This document shows, piece after piece, positions 33,376 through 43,409 of a stretch of 64,000 nucleotides of DNA (position 1 is its first letter; every line of letters begins with the position of its first letter). The translations under genes and the position numbers were made by a program. Origin of the DNA: Phage NC-G; the sequence record MK310184; one strand, written 5' to 3'. A model generated the notes under the pieces. It was given only the letters and a program-made list of their open reading frames with translations. It had not been told where the DNA came from and searched no databases.

Positions 33376-33876
33376 TTAAATCTTATCTTTACCGTATTCC
33401 ATACACTGTTCTACTGCAGCAGGCACTTTGGTCTTAAGCTTGTTGATTTGTTTCTTATAATCACGCGCCTTATCGAAGCTCTCGGTTTCGAGCATTTCGT
33501 AATAACGAGCCTCATGAATAGAAACCTGTAAATTGATATGGTTTACACACATCGCATACAGTTTCTGCTTTTTGTACAAATCATCTTGGCGCTTCATTTC
33601 TGCCTGGTGTTTGGCTAGTACCGCTTCACGCTTAGACTCTTGTTCACGTTGGAATTCGATTTCCCTTTGAGCATATTTTGCGCAGTTATTACCGCATTGA
33701 TTATTAGCTCGGGTATACACAAGTCCAGAACCGGCACGGAATTTCATTTCGCCATCGAATTGTTTCTGTTCGGCTGCAATACGAGCTTTACCAACTTCAT
33801 CAGCTGAAACTGCATCACCGTATTGGACCGCGCAACCTGATAGGAGCATACTCATTGCGATAATTAACTTTTTCAT
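33376..33876 (-). CDS. putative lipoprotein (166 aa)
   Basis: signal peptide with lipobox LSGC; GAGGA RBS; charged coiled-coil-like C-terminal half. Confidence 0.6.
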   Translation of the reverse strand: MKKLIIAMSMLLSGCAVQYGDAVSADEVGKARIAAEQKQFDGEMKFRAGSGLVYTRANNQCGNNCAKYAQREIEFQREQESKREAVLAKHQAEMKRQDDLYKKQKLYAMCVNHINLQVSIHEARYYEMLETESFDKARDYKKQINKLKTKVPAAVEQCMEYGKDKI

Positions 33877-33883
33877 AATATCC

Positions 33884-34021
33884 TCAATTAAAACAGTTAT
33901 ACTTAATTTGTGCTATAAGAATAATCCATCCCATGATTAATGTTGGAATCATTGGAGGAATTGCCACTGCCCAATAAATGGTAAAGGCAGCCATTATAAG
34001 AAATAAAATAATTATCTTCAT
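33884..34021 (-). CDS. small membrane protein (45 aa)
   Basis: ATG overlaps upstream stop (ATGA); hydrophobic; below track size cut-off. Confidence 0.35.
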   Translation of the reverse strand: MKIIILFLIMAAFTIYWAVAIPPMIPTLIMGWIILIAQIKYNCFN

Positions 34022-34254
34022 TGTTTAACGATAATGATTTGTGCGTTTGATTTACGTTCAGCGACGATAGCCCAGATTAAAGCCACTACCCAACCAATCA
34101 TCGTCCATCCTAACAGGAGATTAAGGAAGAAGATTCCGACATTGCTACGAGTGCCTCGCAGAAGAGCCAGAATCCATGGTAAAAAGTAACCAATGAACAT
34201 AATAACCAGAGAACCGAATCCTAAAACACCAGCACTAACGATTAAAGCTTCCAT
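34018..34254 (-). CDS. small membrane protein at imm position (78 aa)
   Basis: track ORF; two TM helices; first gene after early promoter; position matches T4 imm. Confidence 0.5.
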   Translation of the reverse strand: MEALIVSAGVLGFGSLVIMFIGYFLPWILALLRGTRSNVGIFFLNLLLGWTMIGWVVALIWAIVAERKSNAQIIIVKQ

Positions 34255-34284
34255 TATAATTTCCTCATGTAGTTGATAGGAAGG

Positions 34285-34314
34285 ATAATACCACGTTCCC
34301 TGTGGTATGTAAAC
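34285..34314 (-). promoter_or_regulatory. early promoter inside 3' end of gene 43
   Basis: -35 GTTTAC 34309-34314, 18-bp spacer, -10 TATTAT 34285-34290, conserved cctatcaac box. Confidence 0.5.
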
Positions 34315-34316
34315 AC

Positions 34317-37028
34317 TTAAAAGTCGAACATGTCAAATAATGTTGCTTTTTTCTCGTAGTCGATTTTAGCAGACTCGGTAAAACCGGTCAGAGGTTTGAT
34401 AAAGGTCTTTTGGAACAGTACGTTGTAGTCCATCCAACGGAGGACTTGGTCACGAATCTGAATCGGGAGTTCAATACCTGACGGCCATGCCATACAAGCT
34501 TCACCGAACGGGTTGCCTTCTTTAAGTGGCAGTACATATACCTTCTCACCATCAACGATACGAGGCATAGTCAAATCACCAGCAGAAGCACGCATGTAAG
34601 CTAAGCAACCTTTGATGTGGTACGGACATTTAGAACCAGGGAAACCACCTTCATTATATTTCTCAATGTTGTTAGCACTGGATACTGCAGCAATGCTTAC
34701 ATAGTCTAATTCGTTAAATTCCTTATTAAACTGTTTGAAATATTCTTGCAAAGAGGCCTCGCCTTCTTGAAGCATACGACGGATGCATTCTTTCAGTGCT
34801 TTCTGAACCGCTTTAGGTGTACTTGATTTCTGAGTTTCGAGACCCATGATTTTCAAGTGTGGTTCGGCATAACGAGTACCTTCCATGTCCCAAACGTTCA
34901 GTGCATAACGTTTCTTGCCTGTCCAGAATCCACCAAGACCTTTAGAACCAAGTGGAGGACCAGCGATAGCTTCTCGGTCCATGAACATCAAGTGCTGTTT
35001 ATTGTTCATGTATTCACACATCTCACGGAAGCCTGCATCAATAGCAGGTTCCATACGTTCACGTGCAAATTTATCTAAGAAGTCAACCCAGTGGTTAGTA
35101 TCACGGAATTTGTCTTCGCCTACTTTATTGATGATTGCGTCAGCCTTAACATAAATGGAGTCGGTATCACCATAGAGCACGAACTTCTGGTTTTCGGTCT
35201 TACATACGCTATTCAGATATTCGTTAACCTTACGTTCAATCCATTGGAGGGCCATTTGACCAAACAATGTGATTGCAGTTGCGTTCCTGAGGTCATAGTA
35301 ACGGAACCATACGTTACCAAGTGCACCATAAAGGGAGTTGATAAGCAACTTACGGTTAATCTGAGCAGTCATACCTGCGACTTCAGTACGTTCGGCTTTG
35401 AACAACATTTCTTTTAAAGAAGCTTCTGACAATTTTTTAATCTGGGCTTTGACTTCGTCAGAGAAGTCGAAACGATAATCAACATCCAGTGGACTATCAT
35501 CAGACGGATTAGGATTTTCTAATGCTTCTTTAATTAACTCGCCATTACGTTGAGCTGCAAGCATATAACCTTTATGTTCTTTACGTTGTAAGAACACCTT
35601 CGTGATTTCTGTAGGAATAACACCATCACGGTCTTTATAGTACATCATGCCGTTAGGAGAGCAACTGTAGGTGTCGCTAGGACGCGGAGCAGTTCCGGCA
35701 ATATATTCATGTATAGGTGCGTTGGCGAATGTGCCTGCGATGGTCTCTGGGCTTATATTCACTTGTCGAATGATACTCGGGTACAGAGATGTAAGGTCGA
35801 AACTCATTACATATTTGTACGCGTTAGGAATCGGTTCCTTAACGAAAGCACCTGGATAAGGTTGAACCGCGTGCGATTTGGCCTGAGGAATAACTTTACC
35901 CTGTTCTTTAAGGCTATTAAAGATAATAGCGTCCCAAGTCTTAATTGGGCTGAACACCGACTGAATCTGCATCTTGGCATAGTAACCCATGTCCAGACTA
36001 AGAAGAATGAACTGGCGCTTCATATCAATCTGCACAACACGATATACGTCGATAATGTTATAGGAAATATATCGTTGGTGGTTCGTCTCACGTAACTTGG
36101 AGATAGGACCATCATATTTCAACTTACCTACTTTCAATTCATATTCAGAAACATAATCCAGAGAATAAGAAGGCTGGTTGGTAAAGCTGAATTTTTTATA
36201 AAGGTCGATATAGTCCAGAACAGAAATACCGAACAGTGTAATAATTTCACGAGCACCGTACATGTTCTCGATAACTTTAACACGAGTCTTACGATGCGGG
36301 CTTAATCGCTTAGCAGTGTTCTCACCAAACAGATTTTTCAGACGGTTATAAACGTATGGCACGTCAAATGATTCAACGTTCCAGCCGGTCAAAATCACAG
36401 GAGTTTTCTGTTGCCAGAAATTCAGATACTCGAGCATCATTTCTTCTTCGGAATTAAACGGAAGATAAACGATTTTGTCAATGATTTCCTGTGGAACTTC
36501 GTCACCACCTTCGTCTTGGAGTTTCTCAGCGATTTTAATCGACCACTCTTCGACCGTACCATAAGGTGAAACTAAAAGGTCAAATACATAGAATTTATCA
36601 TCAATCGAGTCGTAGTGAGTAATGGCATCGATAGGATGTTTAGCCTGGGCAGGTTCAGGGAATCCATCAGGAGATGTTACCTCGATGTCGAAGTTAGCAA
36701 TACGAATCTTGGAAGAATCATACTTGATTTCTTTACGATAGGTATCAGACAAATAGGCTAATTTATAGTCGTCCATACCAAGGGCTTCAAGTCCCATATC
36801 GTCCATGCGCTTCATCCATTGAGAAGCATCACGCATTGAATCGAATTCTTTCTTAACACAACCCTTACCATAGATGTCAATGTATTTTACGGCTTGCTCT
36901 GGGTTAGCATGCATAAACATTGTAGGCTTGTAAGGAACTTCACGACTACGTTCGTTACCATTTTTATCGATGTAACGTTCGAGAATATTATCACCGATTT
37001 GTTCGACTGTCAAATAGAATTCTTGCAT
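34317..37028 (-). CDS. 43: DNA polymerase gp43 (family B)
   Basis: track ORF trimmed to ATG 37028 (AAAGGA RBS); 903 aa; exo and pol motifs (FDIE, YGDTDS); collinear with recalled RB69/T4 gp43. Confidence 0.95.
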   Translation of the reverse strand: MQEFYLTVEQIGDNILERYIDKNGNERSREVPYKPTMFMHANPEQAVKYIDIYGKGCVKKEFDSMRDASQWMKRMDDMGLEALGMDDYKLAYLSDTYRKEIKYDSSKIRIANFDIEVTSPDGFPEPAQAKHPIDAITHYDSIDDKFYVFDLLVSPYGTVEEWSIKIAEKLQDEGGDEVPQEIIDKIVYLPFNSEEEMMLEYLNFWQQKTPVILTGWNVESFDVPYVYNRLKNLFGENTAKRLSPHRKTRVKVIENMYGAREIITLFGISVLDYIDLYKKFSFTNQPSYSLDYVSEYELKVGKLKYDGPISKLRETNHQRYISYNIIDVYRVVQIDMKRQFILLSLDMGYYAKMQIQSVFSPIKTWDAIIFNSLKEQGKVIPQAKSHAVQPYPGAFVKEPIPNAYKYVMSFDLTSLYPSIIRQVNISPETIAGTFANAPIHEYIAGTAPRPSDTYSCSPNGMMYYKDRDGVIPTEITKVFLQRKEHKGYMLAAQRNGELIKEALENPNPSDDSPLDVDYRFDFSDEVKAQIKKLSEASLKEMLFKAERTEVAGMTAQINRKLLINSLYGALGNVWFRYYDLRNATAITLFGQMALQWIERKVNEYLNSVCKTENQKFVLYGDTDSIYVKADAIINKVGEDKFRDTNHWVDFLDKFARERMEPAIDAGFREMCEYMNNKQHLMFMDREAIAGPPLGSKGLGGFWTGKKRYALNVWDMEGTRYAEPHLKIMGLETQKSSTPKAVQKALKECIRRMLQEGEASLQEYFKQFNKEFNELDYVSIAAVSSANNIEKYNEGGFPGSKCPYHIKGCLAYMRASAGDLTMPRIVDGEKVYVLPLKEGNPFGEACMAWPSGIELPIQIRDQVLRWMDYNVLFQKTFIKPLTGFTESAKIDYEKKATLFDMFDF

Positions 37029-37085
37029 TTCATTTCCTTTATAGACGAGTGATTGTCTTTTGTTTGTTGATGAATCATTATACTC

Positions 37086-37106
37086 CAAAAAGGGACCGAA
37101 GTCCCT
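37086..37106 (-). terminator. terminator-like UUCG hairpin between regA and gene 43
   Basis: AGGGAC-UUCG-GUCCCU (37091-37106) followed by UUUUUGG; -10-like TATAAT directly downstream. Confidence 0.5.
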
Positions 37107-37116
37107 CTGCTTAAAC

Positions 37117-37479
37117 TTAATTACCAATCGTATACTTAGACAGCAGTTCCCAGTCATTTTTCTGTTTAAAGGAAATGACGCGGAAGTTGTTGGTGATTTC
37201 GAACAATTCGGAATCGTCTACAATATCAATAAGTCCCCAATCCTTAAGAAGCTGGGCGATAGAATCGCGACGTTGGTAGTCTTCACCATCGATATCTACC
37301 TGGCGTCCGTCCATACGCAACATTTCTTTAAAGTGGACAATATAATATCGTCCTTGCTTTTGCAAAATGTGACAGGACTGATATAGTTTCTTTTCTTTAT
37401 TATTAGCGATACCCATACGAGTCAGGGTCTCTTTCACTTTTAGGAAGTCTTCGGGTTGCTTCAGAGTAATTTCAATCAT
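37117..37479 (-). CDS. regA: RegA translational repressor
   Basis: 120 aa; near-identical blocks to recalled T4 RegA (MIEITLK.PEDFLKVKETLTRMGIAN...). Confidence 0.9.
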   Translation of the reverse strand: MIEITLKQPEDFLKVKETLTRMGIANNKEKKLYQSCHILQKQGRYYIVHFKEMLRMDGRQVDIDGEDYQRRDSIAQLLKDWGLIDIVDDSELFEITNNFRVISFKQKNDWELLSKYTIGN

Positions 37480-37485
37480 TTTAAT

Positions 37486-38058
37486 TTACCATTCCAATGC
37501 TTTCTTTTTCAAGTCTTTTTGTTCTTTCACATTTTTGGTTACGGATTTCAGGAACTCATCCGTAACCAACCCTTTCATCTTCTTAAGCATTGCCGGAAGA
37601 TGGCCTTTAATTTTATAAGTCTCGAGATAACGATAAGCGTCATCATTATTAATTGAATGGTATTTCATCAATAAACGAGTAATAAAAACTACACTAACTT
37701 CATCATCATGGGCCTTAGCCCATTTACCAAATCTCTTACCCTTAGGAACAGCATGTAAAAGATAGTTGAAGTGACTTTGGTCGTCAAGTTTAAGACAGTT
37801 AACCATTGCAGCTTGCATAATGCAATCTACGTGTTGGCTCAAACTATTATCGAGCCAGAATTGATTATAGTTTTCCGATTGAGCCAAGTTACGTTGTTTC
37901 TTACCGTATGTGATATCGTTCATAATGGCAAACAATTCGTTTTCAGCCTTTTCTTTAAATGAATCGGCCAAGGCTTGAATAGCAGCGTCGTTACGTTGTT
38001 TCCAAGCAACTTCATGTTCATTCAGTTCAACGTCATCATCAAAAAGACTTATAGCCAT
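37486..38058 (-). CDS. 62: clamp loader small subunit gp62
   Basis: 190 aa; position and overlap with gene 44 as in T4. Confidence 0.75.
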   Translation of the reverse strand: MAISLFDDDVELNEHEVAWKQRNDAAIQALADSFKEKAENELFAIMNDITYGKKQRNLAQSENYNQFWLDNSLSQHVDCIMQAAMVNCLKLDDQSHFNYLLHAVPKGKRFGKWAKAHDDEVSVVFITRLLMKYHSINNDDAYRYLETYKIKGHLPAMLKKMKGLVTDEFLKSVTKNVKEQKDLKKKALEW

Positions 38059-39008
38059 TGGAGCTCCAGAGCAAGTTGGATAAACAGATAGGTCAGGTGA
38101 ATTTCTGGGTTAGCAGCAATACCATGGTATTGGTTATTTTCACCGACGATTTCATACATTCTAACAATGCTTGGCCCAGGCAATTTACCATAGAGTTCGT
38201 TAGCCAATGTCATAATAAAGTTGGCATAATCATTGACATGGCGTGGAGCTAATGCACGGAGTTCTTTAAAGTTTTTATCTTTCAGTGCAGCCACTACTTC
38301 ATCAATAGGCGAATTGGTATTCATTACAATACTCAAAATGCCTGTATCGATTTTACCGCTTGAGGAATAACGGTCTAGTTGGTTAACTGTTTTACGGAAG
38401 TCAGGGAAGTTTTGTTTAACTAAAGCAGCAATAACTTTAAGGTCTTCGACTTCAACATTTTCATTTTTACAAATTGCTACTGCACGATGAATCATTTCTT
38501 TCATCATGGCTGTTTGGTCAGCTGGAGTGGCTTCACCAAATTTAATTACACGACAACGGGATTGAAGTGGACCAATGATACCATCAATATTGTTTGCTGT
38601 AATAATTACAGAACAGTTTGAGGAATAGGCCTCTAAGAATGAACGAAGGTGGCGTTGGGCTTCAGCAACACCAGCACGGTCGAATTCGTCAATAACAATT
38701 ACCTTACGTTTACCTTCGATAGATTTAGAAGATGCAAAACGAGTAAGTTCGTTACGAACGAAATCAATACGGCAGTCAGAACCGTTAACAAACAACATGT
38801 CTGAATTTGTATCAGCACACAATGCTTTAGCTACAGTAGTTTTACCTGTGCCTGGTGAAGCAGAGACTAGGATAATGTTAGGGATTAGGCCCTTATTAAC
38901 AATGGCTTGGAGAGTTTCTTTATCATGAGCAGGCAGAATACATTCGGATAAAGTACCTGGACGATATTTCTGTTCCCACATGAATTCATTATTATTTACT
39001 GTAAGCAT
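38049..39008 (-). CDS. 44: clamp loader large subunit gp44 (AAA+)
   Basis: 319 aa; Walker A SPGTGKTT, SRC-like motif; synteny 45-44-62. Confidence 0.9.
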   Translation of the reverse strand: MLTVNNNEFMWEQKYRPGTLSECILPAHDKETLQAIVNKGLIPNIILVSASPGTGKTTVAKALCADTNSDMLFVNGSDCRIDFVRNELTRFASSKSIEGKRKVIVIDEFDRAGVAEAQRHLRSFLEAYSSNCSVIITANNIDGIIGPLQSRCRVIKFGEATPADQTAMMKEMIHRAVAICKNENVEVEDLKVIAALVKQNFPDFRKTVNQLDRYSSSGKIDTGILSIVMNTNSPIDEVVAALKDKNFKELRALAPRHVNDYANFIMTLANELYGKLPGPSIVRMYEIVGENNQYHGIAANPEIHLTYLFIQLALELQWL

Positions 39009-39046
39009 ATTAATTTCCTCAGGTTTGTTTTTACATTATACTCCAA

Positions 39047-39063
39047 GGGAGGAATTTCCTCCC
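39047..39063 (-). other. RNA hairpin between genes 45 and 44
   Basis: 7-bp palindrome gggagga/tcctccc with 3-nt loop just after gene 45 stop. Confidence 0.4.
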
Positions 39064-39069
39064 TATGCT

Positions 39070-39768
39070 TTAGAACGAGTGGCTTGAGCCTGCTTCCATA
39101 GCTAATACGTAAGAAGCTTGTGTACCTTCAAACTTAGCTGCAAATCGAGCATCTTGACCTTCACCACGAGCCCATAACAATACATGATAATCGGCCGGCA
39201 TCATTTTCATATTAGTTTTGTTAATGATGAACTTAAAGTCAGGACCGTCATGGTCGGCCACGACCAGAGAATACAATGGACGAGTTAATTCTTTATCGTC
39301 GACTTGTTTATAACCGTTGATAACAATTTTACCATCGTCTACAGTGATTGCAAATGTATCAATACTCAGACCAGAGGACACACGCATCAACTGTTGATAA
39401 TCTTCGGCTTTCAGGTCGAAAATAACTTCAGCCACAGGGAACGGAATAGCTTTACTTGGGAATGCGATTGTGCTTGGGTCGGCAATAGGCCACTTAATTG
39501 TTGAACGTTGGTCTTTAATAATTAATGTGGTTTGGTCTTCACTTACCGAAACTTCAGCACTTTCTGATACCAAAGACAGAATACTTAAGAAGCCATTCAA
39601 ATCATAGATTGCTGCTTCGATATCGAAGGTATCACTTACAGTAGCTTCACCATAACTTGCGCCGGTAACAGATCGGGTCAGAATGGTGTTACCTGGTTTA
39701 AGCATAATGCCCGGGTTAATACCGGAGAAGTTTTTAAGAATGTTCAGGGTTTCTTTAGAGAATTTCAT
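39070..39768 (-). CDS. 45: sliding clamp gp45
   Basis: 232 aa; size and synteny between rpbA and 44. Confidence 0.8.
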   Translation of the reverse strand: MKFSKETLNILKNFSGINPGIMLKPGNTILTRSVTGASYGEATVSDTFDIEAAIYDLNGFLSILSLVSESAEVSVSEDQTTLIIKDQRSTIKWPIADPSTIAFPSKAIPFPVAEVIFDLKAEDYQQLMRVSSGLSIDTFAITVDDGKIVINGYKQVDDKELTRPLYSLVVADHDGPDFKFIINKTNMKMMPADYHVLLWARGEGQDARFAAKFEGTQASYVLAMEAGSSHSF

Positions 39769-39793
39769 AATGTTTCCTTATCAAGTCAAATTA

Positions 39794-40228
39794 TTAAGCA
39801 ATTACGATCATTTGTTTACGGATTGATTCAGGCAGAGATTCAATATACTCTGGAATCTTGGAAGCAACAATGGCACCGGCTTCAAGCAACTGCTCATCAG
39901 GGTCGACGCAATAATCATCTTCTAAACGTTCAGAACCGTCGCGGTCGATAACAAGTTTAGCACCTGCAGCCAAAGAATCTTTAAAGTGTTTACGCATGAT
40001 TTCAATCCACTTATCAGATACATCATTATCGATGATACTGTACAGCATAAACTTGGTTTCTTGTGGAAGAGACTGCAGACGACGTGCAGAGTCGGTATCA
40101 ATATTCAGTACCCATGATTTACGGATACGGTTCTGATTATGTGGGTTGGAATCAGTACGGATGGTTTTAACTTGGATATCTTTAACGGTAACGCCATTAG
40201 AAGTAGCAAACATAATATTTTCTCTCAT
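39794..40228 (-). CDS. rpbA: RNA polymerase-binding protein RpbA (by position)
   Basis: track ORF between 45 and 46 as rpbA in T4; start may be ATG 40213. Confidence 0.5.
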   Translation of the reverse strand: MRENIMFATSNGVTVKDIQVKTIRTDSNPHNQNRIRKSWVLNIDTDSARRLQSLPQETKFMLYSIIDNDVSDKWIEIMRKHFKDSLAAGAKLVIDRDGSERLEDDYCVDPDEQLLEAGAIVASKIPEYIESLPESIRKQMIVIA

Positions 40229-40269
40229 TTAGTTGGTAAATGTATTATAAATCAATATTTTAAAGCAAT

Positions 40270-40461
40270 TTAATCAAAATACTCATAGACAAACCATGCT
40301 GGATTTCTATTTGACATGATTGTAACATATTCTGACTTAAAAGCATTTTGGAGATATTCCTCAGTAACAAGATGTTCATCTCCAGAGAAGTTGTTAACTA
40401 AAACATATCTCTTTATTTCTGGAACGGCCAACAAATGCTGGCCTGTTATAAAATCACTCAT
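40270..40461 (-). CDS. hypothetical protein (63 aa, 45.2 position)
   Basis: track ORF. Confidence 0.5.
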   Translation of the reverse strand: MSDFITGQHLLAVPEIKRYVLVNNFSGDEHLVTEEYLQNAFKSEYVTIMSNRNPAWFVYEYFD

Positions 40462-42140
40462 TCCATCACCGTGAATCGTCCAACTTTCTTCATTTGAAGA
40501 TGTTGGCCATAAGCTTGTGGGTCATGGTCTCGGTGAGAGATAATGAACACGTTCGTATCCTCAAGGCTATTCAAGATGGTTGCAATGCTCTTAACGCCTT
40601 CAGCGTCGGTTGCACTGTCAAATACCTCATCAAGAATCAGTGTGGATATATTAACACCTGATACCCTAGAAGCAATATCACGCCATGTAAAAAGTAGTGC
40701 GATATCAATACGTGCTTTCTCACCCTGTGAAAATGAAGCATAACTAAAGTCTTCACGTCCACGTGATTTAATCGTCTCATTGAATTCTTCGTCTAGAGTA
40801 AAGACGTAGTCCGCCTCCATAATCTTCAAATAAGAATTAATCTGCTTATTAAAGATAGGAATGTATTTCTTAATAATAGAACCTTTAATACCAGTATCCT
40901 TCAACATTTCTGTCAGAATTCCACGATGATATTTTTCCATTACCAAGGACGATTTGGTAGAGACGATTTTATCAAGCTCTGCTTGAAGCGTAGCAATCTC
41001 TTCGGCATTACTTACGAACTCAGCTGCCGCTTGGTCAATTAATATCTTAACCTTTTTGGCTTTCTCTACAGCAGTAATAGCTTGCTGCTTATGAGTAGCT
41101 ATCTGAGATTTAATAGCCAACGCTTTATTGCGTTGTTCGGTTACTTGGTCTTTAATGAGCTTGAGTTCTTGGTATTGCTCATTAATCTTATCCAAAGATT
41201 TTTGAAGCTCAAAGTTTTTATCCTTAATTTTGGTAAGGATGTTTCCATGCTCTTCTAATCCTTGCATACATGTAGGGCAGTGACCACCTGTTTCGTATAA
41301 TTTAACCACCTTTGTAAAGGTCGCCATATCATTTTTGATTGCAAATCCTTTATTACTCAGGTCACTCATGGAGTCGCTAGGGTCATCATCTACGATAACA
41401 TTGAGTAATTCATCAGTCAGAGATTCTATGCTCGCCTTCGCAGTCCTGGCTTCTTTAACGAGCTCATCATACATTAATTGTAGACGGGCAGCGTTTTCGC
41501 CAGATAATTTACGTTGACGTTCTTCGTTGTCATTATAAATTTTAATTTGTTGGGTAATAGAATCTTGCTTAACATCTATTACTTGGATTTGGCTATTAGT
41601 CTCACGAATCAAAGATTTGTTTAACTTATCCATATCCGCTAATACAGAAACCTCTAAGAGGTCTTCGACGAGTTTTCTTCTTGCAGGAGTGGATAGGCCC
41701 ATAAAAGGGGTATATCCAGCTGTGCCGAGTACGACAATTTGTTTGAAGCTTGCATAGGACATTCCGATAAGCTGTTCAAATTCCGCTTGGAAGTCTTTAC
41801 TGCTGGCAGATTCATCAAGACGTTCACCGTCACAAGAGATTTCAAAAACGTTGGGTTTTTGCCCGCGTTTGATATAGTATTCTTTGCCATCATATTCCAT
41901 CCACAGTTCGACCAAAAGGTCTTTCTTGTTACTTGAGTTAATCAACTGCCCTTTCTTAACATCACGAAAAGGCTTACCAAACAGAGCAAATGTTACAGCT
42001 TCAAGGAATGTTGATTTCCCTGCACCATTTTTACCAGTGACTAAGGTCTTTTGGACCTTATCAAGTTGGATTGTAATGGGCTGCTGCCCTACCGACATAA
42101 TATTTTTATACGTTACTTTTTTTAACTTAAAAGTCTTCAT
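40458..42140 (-). CDS. 46: recombination nuclease subunit gp46 (SbcC/Rad50-like)
   Basis: track ORF trimmed to ATG 42140; 560 aa; Walker A GKNGAGKST, long coiled coil, Cys hook CPTC. Confidence 0.9.
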   Translation of the reverse strand: MKTFKLKKVTYKNIMSVGQQPITIQLDKVQKTLVTGKNGAGKSTFLEAVTFALFGKPFRDVKKGQLINSSNKKDLLVELWMEYDGKEYYIKRGQKPNVFEISCDGERLDESASSKDFQAEFEQLIGMSYASFKQIVVLGTAGYTPFMGLSTPARRKLVEDLLEVSVLADMDKLNKSLIRETNSQIQVIDVKQDSITQQIKIYNDNEERQRKLSGENAARLQLMYDELVKEARTAKASIESLTDELLNVIVDDDPSDSMSDLSNKGFAIKNDMATFTKVVKLYETGGHCPTCMQGLEEHGNILTKIKDKNFELQKSLDKINEQYQELKLIKDQVTEQRNKALAIKSQIATHKQQAITAVEKAKKVKILIDQAAAEFVSNAEEIATLQAELDKIVSTKSSLVMEKYHRGILTEMLKDTGIKGSIIKKYIPIFNKQINSYLKIMEADYVFTLDEEFNETIKSRGREDFSYASFSQGEKARIDIALLFTWRDIASRVSGVNISTLILDEVFDSATDAEGVKSIATILNSLEDTNVFIISHRDHDPQAYGQHLQMKKVGRFTVME

Positions 42141-42390
42141 CGTTATAAGCATCCTTGATGCATGATTCAGCCATATGAATTAATGTTTCTGGAGTATCAT
42201 CTACCATTACATTAAAGCTAAATTCCACAGCCCAATCGGTAGCAACATAAACTTTAATAAGCTCGCCGGTATCACGAGTGCTCACAGCTTCAAACCAGAA
42301 CTTAATTGTACTAGGTTGGCCATCATCGTCAATAACTATACAGTCGTGTTCCAGTTCAAGTCCCGATTTTTTGAATTCATCTAAAGTCAT
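42127..42390 (-). CDS. hypothetical protein (87 aa, 46.1 position)
   Basis: track ORF. Confidence 0.5.
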   Translation of the reverse strand: MTLDEFKKSGLELEHDCIVIDDDGQPSTIKFWFEAVSTRDTGELIKVYVATDWAVEFSFNVMVDDTPETLIHMAESCIKDAYNDEDF

Positions 42391-43409
42391 CGTGTAACCT
42401 CATTATAAAGTTGTGCGGCCATAGTCTTAAGGGCTTTAACATCGTCTTCAGTGTGGCCATCAGGAAGGGCATCGATATAATCATACATCATATCCAAGAG
42501 GGACTTAACTTCATCTTCCTCTTCAGAATCATCGATATCAACGCTGTTATCTACCTTAGACACAATACGTAAAGAGTGAACAACCTTTTCAAGCTCTGAT
42601 TCGAACTTAGTAAGCCCGTCATCGATTTTATCGACTATAACACGAACTGCGATATTTGTAAAATCTTTGTAATCGATGGTTGCATTAGGATAATGAATCT
42701 TACGGTGCCAACAGGTTTCATTAATTACGAAATCCATTTTATGCGTTTCGGTATCGAAAATCCAGAAGCCACGAGGGTCGTTCTCATCACCAGCAGTTAG
42801 AGTCCATGGGGTGCCAATGTACTTGACGTTTGCTGCATCAGAAATAGTGTGGAAGTGACCAGACCAAACTTGCTTATACTTTTTAAGGAAATCAGGTTCT
42901 AAACCGTGAGATTTCATTCCTTTATAGAAATAGAAACCATTTAATTCCCAGTGACCAATACAGAAATCTGCTGTAGTATTTTTGATATGTTCCATGATAT
43001 CAGTCGTGTTTTCTTCACACATCCATGGAATCAAATCAATTTCTGTGCCATCAAAGTTAACCGTAGTAGGTTTTTCAATAACCTTGATATGGTCATATTT
43101 ACCCAGAACTTCAGAAGCCGCGTTCGGCGTCAGGGTATTTTTGTAGTGGGCATCATGGTTACCAACGACCGTATACATGGTAATGCCACTTTCTTTAAGC
43201 AAATCCGAAATATGTCTAGCAAATTCCATGCACTTATGGGTAATTGCTTTACGGACGTCAAAGATATCACCATACTGAATCCAAACCGTGATACCGTTTG
43301 CTTTAGAATAATTGATGGCGTCTTTAATGCCGGCTAATTGAATATTCTGCACCCAAGGGTCATCGTTCTTCACTCCAAGGTGCCAGTCACCTGTATTAAG
43401 AATTTTCAT
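42387..43409 (-). CDS. 47: recombination nuclease subunit gp47 (SbcD/Mre11-like)
   Basis: track ORF trimmed to ATG 43409; calcineurin-like phosphoesterase motifs (GDWHLG, GNHD, GHWE). Confidence 0.9.
   Translation of the reverse strand: MKILNTGDWHLGVKNDDPWVQNIQLAGIKDAINYSKANGITVWIQYGDIFDVRKAITHKCMEFARHISDLLKESGITMYTVVGNHDAHYKNTLTPNAASEVLGKYDHIKVIEKPTTVNFDGTEIDLIPWMCEENTTDIMEHIKNTTADFCIGHWELNGFYFYKGMKSHGLEPDFLKKYKQVWSGHFHTISDAANVKYIGTPWTLTAGDENDPRGFWIFDTETHKMDFVINETCWHRKIHYPNATIDYKDFTNIAVRVIVDKIDDGLTKFESELEKVVHSLRIVSKVDNSVDIDDSEEEDEVKSLLDMMYDYIDALPDGHTEDDVKALKTMAAQLYNEVTR

Noticed and set aside
37086-37106. gp43 translational operator
   Set aside because: The hairpin does not resemble the T4 operator as I recall it (5-bp stem, 8-nt loop next to the RBS) and lies about 60 nt from the ATG; reported only as a terminator-like hairpin.
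39781-39830. Middle or late promoter for gene 45
   Set aside because: A TGCTTAA box-like sequence is present but no acceptable -10 or TATAAATA at the right spacing; not called.
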